Below are positions 63,316 through 64,000 of a stretch of 64,000 bases of DNA, piece after piece. The notes under the pieces were generated by a model. It worked only from the letters and a program-made list of their open reading frames with translations. It was not told the origin of the DNA and did no database searches. Both the position numbers and the translations under genes were made by a program. Position 1 is the stretch's first letter. Each line of letters starts with the position of its first letter. This DNA is from Geosiphon pyriformis uo1 (taxonomy: Eukaryota; Fungi; Glomeromycota), in NCBI GenBank assembly GCA_016748015.1, contig JAAOMT010000571.1, forward strand, positions 809,095 to 873,094, given 5' to 3'.

Positions 63316-64000
63316 GTGGCAGAATCAGAAAGTATAGGAGCAAACCATTTAGGATTCATGAAATCTTTATTTCAACATTACTGTTAACACTTGGGATTGA
63401 ATCACAATTAGATATCAGCAGAATCAGCCTTCAATTTCTATGTCAACAAAAGAATTGCCTATTTGTTAGGAACACTAATAAACACTGAATCAGCAAAAGA
63501 AACTTTTTACCACAAATTAATCCAAAACACCAGCTTACCAACAAATTATAACTTCACATCTATCATTACTAAGATTAATAAGAAAATTGAACATCACACA
63601 CAACAAAAATACCCAATCACTTATGCAAGTAAAGGCAAAAGAAAATTACAAACACTGGCAATAACACTTCAACGGATCCAACCATCTACTTGAAAGAAAC
63701 ACAGAATTGAATCACCTACAAATCCATCATATCATTATATTCCTGGAAGCACCATCAATATTGCATCAGCAGGCATATCTACATTAAACACAACATTAAT
63801 ATTTGAACAATTTCTATTCCAAAGTAAACAAAAAAAAAAAGATTTATTAGGACCATACAGCATATACTTTGAGGGATTCAAATTGAAATTACCAATGCCA
63901 TCAGAAGTTTGATCATCATCACCTCAACCAGATTTCGGAATTACTGATCCATAAGAACCAACCGAATTGGAAAAAAAACAAGAAGAAAAAGAGGAAGAAG
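63316..64000 (+). pseudogene. gag N-terminal region of third Gypsy element (continues beyond window)
   Basis: VAESESIGANHLGF..ESAKETFY..YASKGK, homologous to 36049-36598. Confidence 0.85.

Overview
Eukaryotic (fungal) genomic DNA. The TE proteins and gene style suggest a Glomeromycotina fungus such as Geosiphon pyriformis; this is recognition from memory, not a search. Two small, CpG-containing, intron-rich gene islands are embedded in degenerate retroelements. Island 1 (69-2055) holds complex I subunit NDUFB4/B15 and SAP18. Island 2 (22457-29204) holds a PWWP/Tudor-like protein, tRNA-Pro(AGG), GPI mannosyltransferase SMP3/PIG-Z and a rhodanese. The rest is seven copies of an RNase H-bearing non-LTR (LINE) family in several subfamilies, near-erased LINE relics, and three Ty3/Gypsy LTR insertions, each nested inside another retroelement. 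All TE copies are heavily mutated by C>T/G>A transitions that are not restricted to CpG (RIP-like), grading into nearly pure-AT spacers. The most notable features are: (1) this hypermutation; (2) a conserved 5'-terminal inverted repeat and an ATGA ORF1/ORF2 overlap in the LINEs; (3) a variable-copy palindromic array in the LTRs; (4) no ATG between PBS and gag; (5) a Cys-rich domain after the protease; (6) an extra ~211-codon ORF after integrase. Exon models are manual, and boundaries of degenerate elements are approximate.
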